A stretch of DNA of 64,000 nt from a bacterium (GTDB lineage: Bacteria; SAR324; XYD2-FULL-50-16): NCBI GenBank assembly GCA_024275165.1, contig JAJRZQ010000028.1, forward strand, positions 7,423 through 71,422, read 5' to 3'. The number at the start of each line of letters is the position of its first letter. The stretch's first letter is position 1. The position numbers and the translations under genes were made by a program. This document shows positions 39,628 to 47,813 of this stretch, piece by piece. The notes beneath the pieces are model-generated. The model searched no databases. It was not told the DNA's origin and saw only the letters and a program-made list of their open reading frames with translations.

Positions 39628-40710
39628 ATGAAAGCCAAAACTCTCTTTTTTATTTTCCTCGCCTTGTTTCCCCTTATCGCCCAGGCTCGAGGGGGAAGGG
39701 AGATGGAGCGCCCCTTTTTGGTGGGGCCCCAATACCCCTTTTTGTTTTTAAGCACCACCTTTGAGCCCGATACCGCCTTTACCCTAAAACGAGGCCAGGT
39801 TTACAGTTCTTTAAGCTTTACCAATTTAAATACCTATGTGTTCAGCGCCAGTTCGGACAAGGCAAACAATCCGGCTGGGGATGCCAGTAAATTCGACCAG
39901 AGCGACCCGACCGGCTATTCGATTTACTTTGATGGCGAAATCGACCGGAGATATCTTAGAGTCTATTGGGGGTGGAGTGATCGAGTCGAACTTCAATTGA
40001 CCTATCGCGATATTCGTTTTGTTCCGGGGAATCTCGATCAATCGGTTGAAAACTTTCACAAAGCCTTTGGATTGGGTAACCAGGGGCGTGACCAAACCCC
40101 TCGCAATCAATTGGATATCTATATTCATGACAATGAAACAGGGCAGAATATTTTTGCCATTACCCAGCCCAACGATAAGTTTCATCAAGAATCCATGACC
40201 TTGGGACTTAAACTCAACTTAAGGGAAACCGCGAGCGAAGCGATCAGCTTTGTTTTCAGCTCCAATTTTGAGGATCGGTATATTGAGCGAGAACTCAATG
40301 AACTCAGTCTCGCTTATGAAAAACCCTATAAAAAATTCAACGATTACAATTATGGGCTTTTATACAGCAGCCTTTTTGCCGATTGGACGCTGCATGCGGG
40401 GTTTTCGATGGCAAAGGTCGGCCAATCTTTGTTTCCCAAATCCCCCTCGGAGCTCTATTATTTCTTTTTAGGCGCAGGCTGGCAGTTGGGGCCGGAAAGC
40501 GATGTCTTGTTGCAGGTGCTGGAATACTCCAGTCCCTTTCCGAAAGACAATGTTTCCACCATTGCCGCTGATGTGCGCGAGGTGACCACGGGCATACGCT
40601 GGCATATGGGCAAGGCCTTTGCCGTAGAACTCGGGCTCACGGAAAATCAAAGTCAGGGCCCGCAAAATATCGACATTCTTTTCTTTTCCAATCTAGCCTT
40701 TAGTTTTTAG
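39628..40710 (+). CDS. Outer-membrane protein, DUF3187-like
   Basis: Signal peptide, QYPF, G.LD..VENFH..FGL.N.GR motif and C-terminal Phe. Confidence 0.7.
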   Translation: MKAKTLFFIFLALFPLIAQARGGREMERPFLVGPQYPFLFLSTTFEPDTAFTLKRGQVYSSLSFTNLNTYVFSASSDKANNPAGDASKFDQSDPTGYSIYFDGEIDRRYLRVYWGWSDRVELQLTYRDIRFVPGNLDQSVENFHKAFGLGNQGRDQTPRNQLDIYIHDNETGQNIFAITQPNDKFHQESMTLGLKLNLRETASEAISFVFSSNFEDRYIERELNELSLAYEKPYKKFNDYNYGLLYSSLFADWTLHAGFSMAKVGQSLFPKSPSELYYFFLGAGWQLGPESDVLLQVLEYSSPFPKDNVSTIAADVREVTTGIRWHMGKAFAVELGLTENQSQGPQNIDILFFSNLAFSF

Positions 40711-40834
40711 CTCAAAAGTCTGCCTTGTTCTTTTTGAATTTTTTAAACTAAGCTAGGGTGTCCGTCTTGGAATCGACTCGCAGCCTGGAATCAAGTTGGT
40801 CGCGAATTCATCTTTAAAACGACTTTTACGCAAA

Positions 40835-41128
40835 ATGGCCCGCCCCATTGAAGAACTGCCGAATTTAGGCCCTATTAGCGCTGCCGAATTGAGTCAAATT
40901 GGGGTGAATCAGGTAGAAGACTTGCAGCGCCTAGGCTGGGAAGAGGTTTGGGCTAAGCTGGTGGAAGCCTACCCCCTGCGCTTAAACATCAACATGGGTT
41001 ATGCCTTGGCCGGTGCCTTAGAAGGTTGCGATTGGCGCGACCTGCCCCTTATCACCCGAGATCAGGTCAAGGCCCTGGCAAAAGAATTACGAAAAAAGAG
41101 AAATAAAAACAGAAAATTATGGCTTTAA
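40835..41128 (+). CDS. TfoX C-terminal domain protein
   Basis: LPNLGP.S...L.QIG....DL..LG and YALAGALEG.DW.DL. Confidence 0.85.
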   Translation: MARPIEELPNLGPISAAELSQIGVNQVEDLQRLGWEEVWAKLVEAYPLRLNINMGYALAGALEGCDWRDLPLITRDQVKALAKELRKKRNKNRKLWL

Positions 41129-42042
41129 GGAGCCTGAAGCAGGTCTTGCTTAAACAGTTGGGCCAAATGGGATAGGGGTCGCCCCTTCCTTTGCGCCAGA
41201 TACAAAGGCCGGCTCAAGGGCAAGCCCGCAATGGGCCTTGTAATCAGCAGCCCTGGTTGGGACTTTGCCAAACTTTTGGAAACGATTCCGAGCCCTAACC
41301 CTTGTTTAATCCCACTCAATACCGCCTCAGCGCTGCCCAATTGGGCCACTGTATTTAAATCCTGAGGGCGGATTTTTTGCTTTTTGAGTTGCTCTAAAAA
41401 GACCTTTCGCGTACCCGAGCCCTCTTCGCGCAAAATCAAGGGGGTGCTTACCAGAGTCTGGAGGCCAATCTGCCGCTGCGCTTTGAACGGGTGCCCTTTG
41501 GGCAGGGCTAAAAGCAGTTCATCTTCAATCCATTCCTGCCAGATCAAGCCGGGCCTTTTGGCTTGATACCCCACAATCCCCAGTTCCACCTTTCCCTCCG
41601 CAACAGACTGGGTTACCTGCTCTGAATTTTGGATGAGTAATTTGGTTTGCGCCTTGGGATATTTTTGTTGGAAGCGCTGGAGCAGCGCCGGCAGAATATA
41701 GCCTCCCGGCAGGCTGCTGGCCCCAAGGCAGAGTTCCCCCTCTTCGTTTTGCCCCATCAATCGTACTTCTGTTTCCGCCAGTTCCAGACGCGCGAGGATT
41801 TTAACGGCGTGCCGATGGAGCAGGGAAGCCGCTCTGGTCGGAACCGCCGTCTTCCCCACACGGTCAAACAGGGTTTGTCGCAAATAGCGCTCCAACCCTT
41901 GAATGTGCTCGCTGACGCTAGGTTGACTCAAACCCAGGCTGCGGGCCGCTTGAGTAAAGCTTTGGAACTCGTAAAGAGCGCAAAAAATTTTCAGTTTGTG
42001 CGGGTCGATTAGGTTTTTTTTGCGGAGTTGATTTGCTTTCAA
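41125..42042 (-). CDS. LysR-family transcriptional regulator (CysL/CmpR-like)
   Basis: SFTQAA..L.LSQPSVS.HI..LE HTH, LGASSLPG.YILP and LREEGSGTR. Confidence 0.93.
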   Translation of the reverse strand: MKANQLRKKNLIDPHKLKIFCALYEFQSFTQAARSLGLSQPSVSEHIQGLERYLRQTLFDRVGKTAVPTRAASLLHRHAVKILARLELAETEVRLMGQNEEGELCLGASSLPGGYILPALLQRFQQKYPKAQTKLLIQNSEQVTQSVAEGKVELGIVGYQAKRPGLIWQEWIEDELLLALPKGHPFKAQRQIGLQTLVSTPLILREEGSGTRKVFLEQLKKQKIRPQDLNTVAQLGSAEAVLSGIKQGLGLGIVSKSLAKSQPGLLITRPIAGLPLSRPLYLAQRKGRPLSHLAQLFKQDLLQAP

Positions 42043-42331
42043 TGGAGGGTGGGGAGGATGAAGTATCGTTATAATTAGAGATGTGAATAGATAAATATCT
42101 TATTTTCTTCATAATTCAAAGTAAAAAAAATCTGTTGAAAGGAACAGCCTCCATCCTGGATTTCGCTTTTATTCCGTACGGATTCGCGGCCTTTGCTTTG
42201 ACCTGGAAATTCGCGCCAAAGTCAGGCAAAATAGAGAAGAAAAATAAGTCCTTGCCGATTCCTTCAAGTAGAATCGGTCTGGGCTAAAACCCTGAACCCT
42301 GGCGTGAATACGCCCTAACCTCGGGCCGATT

Positions 42332-43582
42332 TTGTACCGCAATAAAATCCTTTTTGATCCTTTATATTGGCAATACCTCTTTGTGCCCTGGCCGCTTTAC
42401 CTTGATTTAAACCCCTGCGCTTACGCATGCGCCTATTGCTGGTCGAACCTCGATGGGAAAAAACAGGAATTGGATCTCCAGGTCCTCAAAAAGCAGTTGG
42501 ACTTTATCGGCAGTGATTGGGAGATTGGGGAAGGGATCGCGGCCTTTTTACTGGAAAAAAAATATCCCGTTTGCTTCAGCCCCACCAGCGACCCCTTTGC
42601 CCCCAGCAATGAAGAGGCTTTTTTACGGGTTTTAGAACTCTTAGAAGAAGTCAACCTCCCTCGGACTTATGAAACCCGTGGAGGCCGCCTAGCGGCCCAA
42701 ACCTTGCTCGCCGAGCCCTTGACGGCCATCTCCATTGCCCTCACTACCGATCGCCCCGATATCGCCCAAAAGTACGAACCCAAAGCCCCCTGTTTGGAAG
42801 AACGCTTAGAACTCGCTCAGGCCTTGAAACGACAAGGGCACTTTGTGGAAATCGGACTCAACCCCTTGGTCCCTGCTTGGTGGAGGGATATCAATGGGCT
42901 GTTGGAGCGACTATCCAAAATGGGGCTGACCCACCTCTTGATTCAAGACTTAAACCTCAATCTGCGGCAGCGCCAAGCCTTTCCCTTTCAGGATGACGAG
43001 TTTTTAACCTACGCGATGAAGCAAAGCAAACCCGACTGGCAAGAGATTTGGGCGGTGAAGGAACGGGCCTGGAAGTTGGGCTTTTATGTGGACCCGCTTT
43101 ATGGCAGCAACTATGCTCAATGGCCCGATCACTACTTTGGGGAATATTTCCGTATGGTTGACACCTGGGTGCCGACGATGCAAGAGTTTTTCTTTCTCTT
43201 GGCCAGGCAGCAAAAAGAGTTGGGGAAACCGATTTATTATTCCGCCGCGGATTTTACGGCCTGGGCTGATTTGGGTTTCGATTTCAACAGCCCGAGTTTT
43301 GGCAATTACTTAGGGGGCTGGAGCCGCGAACTGGGTCGCAGCGGCAAGGGAATTTGGGCCCAAACCTTCAGCGAAGTGCACCGCCAACTCTTTGCCATCT
43401 ACAACTCAAAAACTCCTTTTTGGGCAGAGGAAACAAGTTTGCTCTGCCAAGCCTCTGCGCCTCTGTTTGACGATCAAGGGGCCCCGATTCTCTGTTTTGA
43501 TTGCTTAGCGCCTCGTCGAGACTTTACCGAACTCGACGAGGCGACCCCCTTTAGGGGGAGGGAAAACCCTATGGAAGAATAA
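42332..43582 (+). CDS. Radical SAM protein (SPL-like clan, function unknown)
   Basis: CAYACAYC cluster motif, SDPF, T.ETRG, YEPKAP..EERL, LNPLVP. TTG start uncertain. Confidence 0.8.
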   Translation: MYRNKILFDPLYWQYLFVPWPLYLDLNPCAYACAYCWSNLDGKKQELDLQVLKKQLDFIGSDWEIGEGIAAFLLEKKYPVCFSPTSDPFAPSNEEAFLRVLELLEEVNLPRTYETRGGRLAAQTLLAEPLTAISIALTTDRPDIAQKYEPKAPCLEERLELAQALKRQGHFVEIGLNPLVPAWWRDINGLLERLSKMGLTHLLIQDLNLNLRQRQAFPFQDDEFLTYAMKQSKPDWQEIWAVKERAWKLGFYVDPLYGSNYAQWPDHYFGEYFRMVDTWVPTMQEFFFLLARQQKELGKPIYYSAADFTAWADLGFDFNSPSFGNYLGGWSRELGRSGKGIWAQTFSEVHRQLFAIYNSKTPFWAEETSLLCQASAPLFDDQGAPILCFDCLAPRRDFTELDEATPFRGRENPMEE

Positions 43583-43686
43583 AGGATTTAAAAAAACTCA
43601 ACCCCAAGCTAGCTTGAACAGGGCTGGCAGGGGAACCGGTCGCCGGTTTCACATTTGGCTATCGCGCCGGTGCTTGGTCTTTAGCG

Positions 43687-44355
43687 CTAACGAGTTTGTT
43701 CCTTTGGTTTTTTTACCTTGGCCACCACCACCTCCGATGCCACCCCGAAGGCGGTAACGATGTGCCGATATCTTATATCCCAATGGGAAGCGGATAAAAA
43801 ATCTTGCACGCGAATGGGGCGGCAGCCCCCAACCAGAGCGGGCGAAAGAGCAAAAACGCGCTTCCAGACCAGCGAGATCAGGCGAGACCAAGGTTTAGGC
43901 CCTGGAGTGATCGAAACCAGGCAGAGCAACCCCTCGGGGGCGAGTTTGTCCTGGGCCCAATTTAGGGTTTGTTCAATCTCATGGGGGGGGAGCAGGTCTA
44001 AAACATAATTGCTGAAAATGCGATCAAAAAAACGACCCTCAAGTTGCGGGAGCGGGCCCGTTGTTTTTTCCACGGTCGCGCGGTCGCCAAAGGCGGCTAA
44101 CCTTTGTTTTGCCAGCTCGACCATGGTCGCGCTGAGGTCGAGACCCAGGTAGCGCGCTGTGGTGCAAAGAGTTTGCTCCAACAAGTTTGCGGCGTACCTA
44201 CCGGTACCGCAACCCAGCTCAAGCAGGTTTTGAGCTGTAGCCAATTCGGCGTGAGCGGTGAGGTCTTTGGTGGCCGGATCTTCGTAAAAGGCTTGCTGAT
44301 CCTGCTTGGAACCGAAACGATTGTAAAAGGCTTCCGCCTCTTTTACGGTAAACAT
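43687..44355 (-). CDS. Class I SAM-dependent methyltransferase
   Basis: LELGCGTG, GLDLSATM, FDRIFSNYVLDLL and GGCRPI. Confidence 0.88.
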   Translation of the reverse strand: MFTVKEAEAFYNRFGSKQDQQAFYEDPATKDLTAHAELATAQNLLELGCGTGRYAANLLEQTLCTTARYLGLDLSATMVELAKQRLAAFGDRATVEKTTGPLPQLEGRFFDRIFSNYVLDLLPPHEIEQTLNWAQDKLAPEGLLCLVSITPGPKPWSRLISLVWKRVFALSPALVGGCRPIRVQDFLSASHWDIRYRHIVTAFGVASEVVVAKVKKPKEQTR

Positions 44356-44378
44356 TGTCGCTCCTGTTGGATCTCCGG

Positions 44379-45875
44379 TTAGTTCCGGGGTTTTTTCGGC
44401 CCTGTTTTGCCTCTGCCGCCAGAACCACCCTCTTTTTTCCATCCCCCTTCCTTCTTCCAGCCGCCTTTGCCCCTAGGGCCACCACGAAACTTGCCATAAG
44501 GCCTTCTTCCCGGTTTGTCGTTATAGTTGGCGCCTCGCTCTTGCAGGCGAGCTAATTCAGCGAGACTCATCCCGATTTGGTCCGAGCCGCCGCTCTCGGA
44601 TTTTTCCATCAACAGGCTTAAGGCCCGATTGGCCAGGTCGGCCAATTCAATTTGCCCTTCCATCGCTTTCATGACCCGCCAGGCCCCTTGACGCGCCGGC
44701 TGAGCCATGAGGCTATGGATGAGTTTCTGATCCTTCAGCTCTTCCATCTCTTGCAGGGTGGGCACCGTGTCCCCTTGGATATTGGCCCCGGTTACCGATT
44801 GAATCCGCTTGAGGTTGCGGTATTCGTGGGAACTCAAGAGGGTGATCGCGATCCCTTTTTGTCCGGCCCGGCCTGTGCGACCAATGCGGTGCACATAGGA
44901 CTCGGGGTCTAGCGGAATATGATAATTAAACACATGGCTTACCCCCGTGACATCCAAGCCTCGAGAGGCCACATCGGTAGCGATTAAGATTTCGGCCTCT
45001 CCTTTTTTTAAAGCTTGGATGGACTGTTCCCTTTGGCGTTGCTCCATGTCCCCATGCAGCGCGCGGGCCGCGTAGCCCAAAGCGAGCAGGCTTTGGTGTA
45101 GGGCGTCGACCTCTCTTTTAGTGCGGCAAAAGGCGATGGCCTTATCGGGGTTTTCGCTTTCCATCAAACGAATCATCGCTTCGGCCCGTTCGTGTTCGCG
45201 TACCACATAATAGCGCTGGGCGACATCCTTGGAGGTGGTGACATTGCTGGTGGTTTTGACTGAAACAGGGTCTTTTAAAATCTTTTCTGCCAATTTGCGA
45301 ATCAAAGGCGGCATGGTAGCTGAAAACAACAGGGTTTGTCGCTCTTTGGGCAAGTAGGTAAAGATTTGTTCTAGATCTTCGATGAAGCCCATATCGAGCA
45401 TTTCGTCCGCCTCATCCAGCACCACCACAGCGGGGTCGAATTGGCCAAAGCGCTTTGCGCGAAGGTGATCCAAAAGGCGGCCCGGCGTGGCCACCATGAC
45501 CTGCGAGCCTCGGCGTACCAACTCTGCCTGACGAGAAATCGACTGCCCTCCGTAGACCGCCACAGTACGAATCTTCGCGAATTGACCCAAACGGTACAGT
45601 TCATCGCTCACTTGACTGGCTAGTTCCCTTGTCGGGGTAATGACCAAGACCTCGACCCGACCGGTATGTTTCAGTTGATTCATGGCAGGCAAGCCAAAAG
45701 CGGCGGTTTTACCCGTTCCGGTTTGGGCTTGAGCGATTAAATCCCTTCCCTGTAAAACCAAAGGAATCGCTTCTGCTTGGATGGGGCTGGGGTTTTTAAA
45801 TCCCGCCTCTTCCAAGCCTTTTAAGATCTCGGGAGAAAGTTGAAAGTCAGCAAAGGTCAATGAAGGTGCAGTCAT
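44379..45875 (-). CDS. DEAD-box RNA helicase (DeaD/CshA-like)
   Basis: Q motif, AQTGTGKT, PTRELA, TPGRL, DEAD, SAT, HRIGRTGR; basic G-rich tail with GGWKKE x2. Confidence 0.96.
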   Translation of the reverse strand: MTAPSLTFADFQLSPEILKGLEEAGFKNPSPIQAEAIPLVLQGRDLIAQAQTGTGKTAAFGLPAMNQLKHTGRVEVLVITPTRELASQVSDELYRLGQFAKIRTVAVYGGQSISRQAELVRRGSQVMVATPGRLLDHLRAKRFGQFDPAVVVLDEADEMLDMGFIEDLEQIFTYLPKERQTLLFSATMPPLIRKLAEKILKDPVSVKTTSNVTTSKDVAQRYYVVREHERAEAMIRLMESENPDKAIAFCRTKREVDALHQSLLALGYAARALHGDMEQRQREQSIQALKKGEAEILIATDVASRGLDVTGVSHVFNYHIPLDPESYVHRIGRTGRAGQKGIAITLLSSHEYRNLKRIQSVTGANIQGDTVPTLQEMEELKDQKLIHSLMAQPARQGAWRVMKAMEGQIELADLANRALSLLMEKSESGGSDQIGMSLAELARLQERGANYNDKPGRRPYGKFRGGPRGKGGWKKEGGWKKEGGSGGRGKTGPKKPRN

Positions 45876-46132
45876 GAATGATAAACCAGGAGAGATAAAA
45901 TAAAGAAGGCGGATTGCCTAGAAAAACGAGGATAAGCCGATTGAGAGCAAAAGTAATAATAACCCAATAGAACAATAAAAAAGGGGAAGGGCAATTAAGC
46001 TGGCTTCGCCAAAGGGATTTAAACTAGGGTATAGCGTTCTGGTTTCAAAACGGCCCAAAGTCTCCCCGGTTTTTGCCTACAAGAGGGGAAGCAGGCGCCT
46101 ATGCCTGAACGGAGAGTCTTTGAAAATAAAAC

Positions 46133-46161
46133 AGCGTATTTGTTTTATTAAAGGTTGTCAA
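46133..46161 (-). promoter_or_regulatory. Sigma70-type promoter for the DEAD-box helicase, implying a ~250-nt 5' UTR
   Basis: TTGACA-17 bp-TACGCT. Confidence 0.65.
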
Positions 46162-46196
46162 GCAAGGCTTTTTGTCCTCATCTGAGGGTTTTAGGG

Positions 46197-47699
46197 CTAC
46201 ATTTTGAGAAAGTCAGTGGGAAAACGGTCCGGGGGAGCGTCTAAGTTGGGGCTCTCTTCACCCGCAACCGCCTCGGGCTCTTTCACCTCCTTTGCTGATT
46301 TCTTGCTGTCTTCCGCGTCCTTTTCTTTCTTTTTTGTACTTACAAGGGTCTCTTCTGCGGGTTTAAAAGGATCAATCGAGTGATCTACCGTGAGGTCGTT
46401 GTCTGCGTCCAACAAGTGATCGAGCCGCCGCATCAAGTCAGAGGCCTCTTTCATGTAAATGCGTTTTTCCGTATGATCGAGTAGGGTAACCCGCTCTAAA
46501 AGCTTGTAGGAAACGCTGAGCATCAGTTCTTGTTCCGATTTTTTAAACAGGTTGAGGGCAAACTCCGTGATCAGGGCAATGTTTAAATAAGGCTCAAATT
46601 CAAAATTCTTTTGGATGGACCGATTGGGGAAGTTGGCCAGCAAAGAACGATTTAAGGTAAAAATTTTCCGGCCAATGGCTCTCATTTTATCGAGTTCTCG
46701 TAAAATCATATTGAGTTTAAACTCAAAGAAAAAGCGATTGGATAAAATCGAGACATATTGCAGGCGAAACTCGGTTTTGCTGGAAGAAAGATAGCGGATC
46801 AATTCTTGTACAATGGGCTCTAAAATGGGGATTTTGCTCAAGACCTTAACAATGGCAAAGGACCACTCCACGACTTGATCCGCCGTGCCCTGGTCCATTT
46901 TTTTCGCCCCCATTCCGGCGTTTAGGTAGTCCATCGCCCGCTTGATCACCAAAAACTCAAAAGAGGGGTTGGCAATGGAGGTTTTATTGAAGTTTTTTGT
47001 CAGGTTCCCGATCAGGTTAAAGGCCTCTTTATTTTTTTCTGCGAGCAACTCTACAATCTGCACCGCGTAGTCGATGTTTTTTAATAAGGTTCCGTAGTGC
47101 AGTTCGTTTTTGTGCGGTTGCCAGGCCCGTTTTTGAATCACCACCAGTTTTTCTAAAAAACCGAAATAAACCTCAAAAAAGGCTTTGAGGTTAAAGAGGG
47201 TGATGCCGTTGGTTAAAATTGCCGCCGTGGCGTCGCGCAAGGCGAGCTGCATCCCGTCAATGATGTCTTGACCTTCACCAACGCTGTTTTTCAGCATCAG
47301 GTAGGTGCTGATGCCCGAGACCATGTAGAGGTTTTCGTTTTTGGGATATTTGCGAATCAGTTTATTGACCTCTAAACGAATCGTGCCCGGGGTTTTAAAG
47401 GCCATATCGCGGAAGTGAGCGATTTTTTTTTGCGAGAGGTCGGCGTTGTTTTTGCGACCACGCGACCGATTGCCCGATTTATGGAGGTTGTTGATCTTCC
47501 AGGTGGGGTCTAAACTGGGGACGGGGATGACGGTAACGCGAAGAAACTTCCGTTCCACCTCAATACTGCGCAAGGGGGTGCGCCCTAAAATATACCCTTG
47601 ATTGATGCCATAGCGGTTCTTGGCCAGAAACGCCTCTTGGTCTTTTATAAGGCGAATAGGGCGGTGTTTAACCTGCTTATCCTGACCTTGAATATCCAT
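46197..47699 (-). CDS. Hypothetical protein (helical, cytoplasmic)
   Basis: 500-aa ORF with no competing frame; no motif recognised. Confidence 0.75.
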   Translation of the reverse strand: MDIQGQDKQVKHRPIRLIKDQEAFLAKNRYGINQGYILGRTPLRSIEVERKFLRVTVIPVPSLDPTWKINNLHKSGNRSRGRKNNADLSQKKIAHFRDMAFKTPGTIRLEVNKLIRKYPKNENLYMVSGISTYLMLKNSVGEGQDIIDGMQLALRDATAAILTNGITLFNLKAFFEVYFGFLEKLVVIQKRAWQPHKNELHYGTLLKNIDYAVQIVELLAEKNKEAFNLIGNLTKNFNKTSIANPSFEFLVIKRAMDYLNAGMGAKKMDQGTADQVVEWSFAIVKVLSKIPILEPIVQELIRYLSSSKTEFRLQYVSILSNRFFFEFKLNMILRELDKMRAIGRKIFTLNRSLLANFPNRSIQKNFEFEPYLNIALITEFALNLFKKSEQELMLSVSYKLLERVTLLDHTEKRIYMKEASDLMRRLDHLLDADNDLTVDHSIDPFKPAEETLVSTKKKEKDAEDSKKSAKEVKEPEAVAGEESPNLDAPPDRFPTDFLKM

Positions 47700-47813
47700 T
47701 GTTTTCAGCGTTGCTCGATTTTTAAAGCCTCTATAATAGAGTAGGGTATTTTATACCAACCCGGCAAGCCGTAAATGCTTTAAATTATTTATTTTTACAA
47801 TAGAATCAACCTC

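Noticed and set aside
41918..42112. 64-aa ORF as a frameshifted LysR N-terminus or leader peptide
   Set aside because: The LysR HTH is complete in its own frame, and this ORF crosses the AT-rich operator-like region with no protein-like features.
19232..46032. Recurrent CTAGGGT motif (near 19236, 37678, 40753, 46024) as a second repeat family
   Set aside because: Too short, with no extended similarity; the 19236 instance is explained by a promoter -10 box and spacer.
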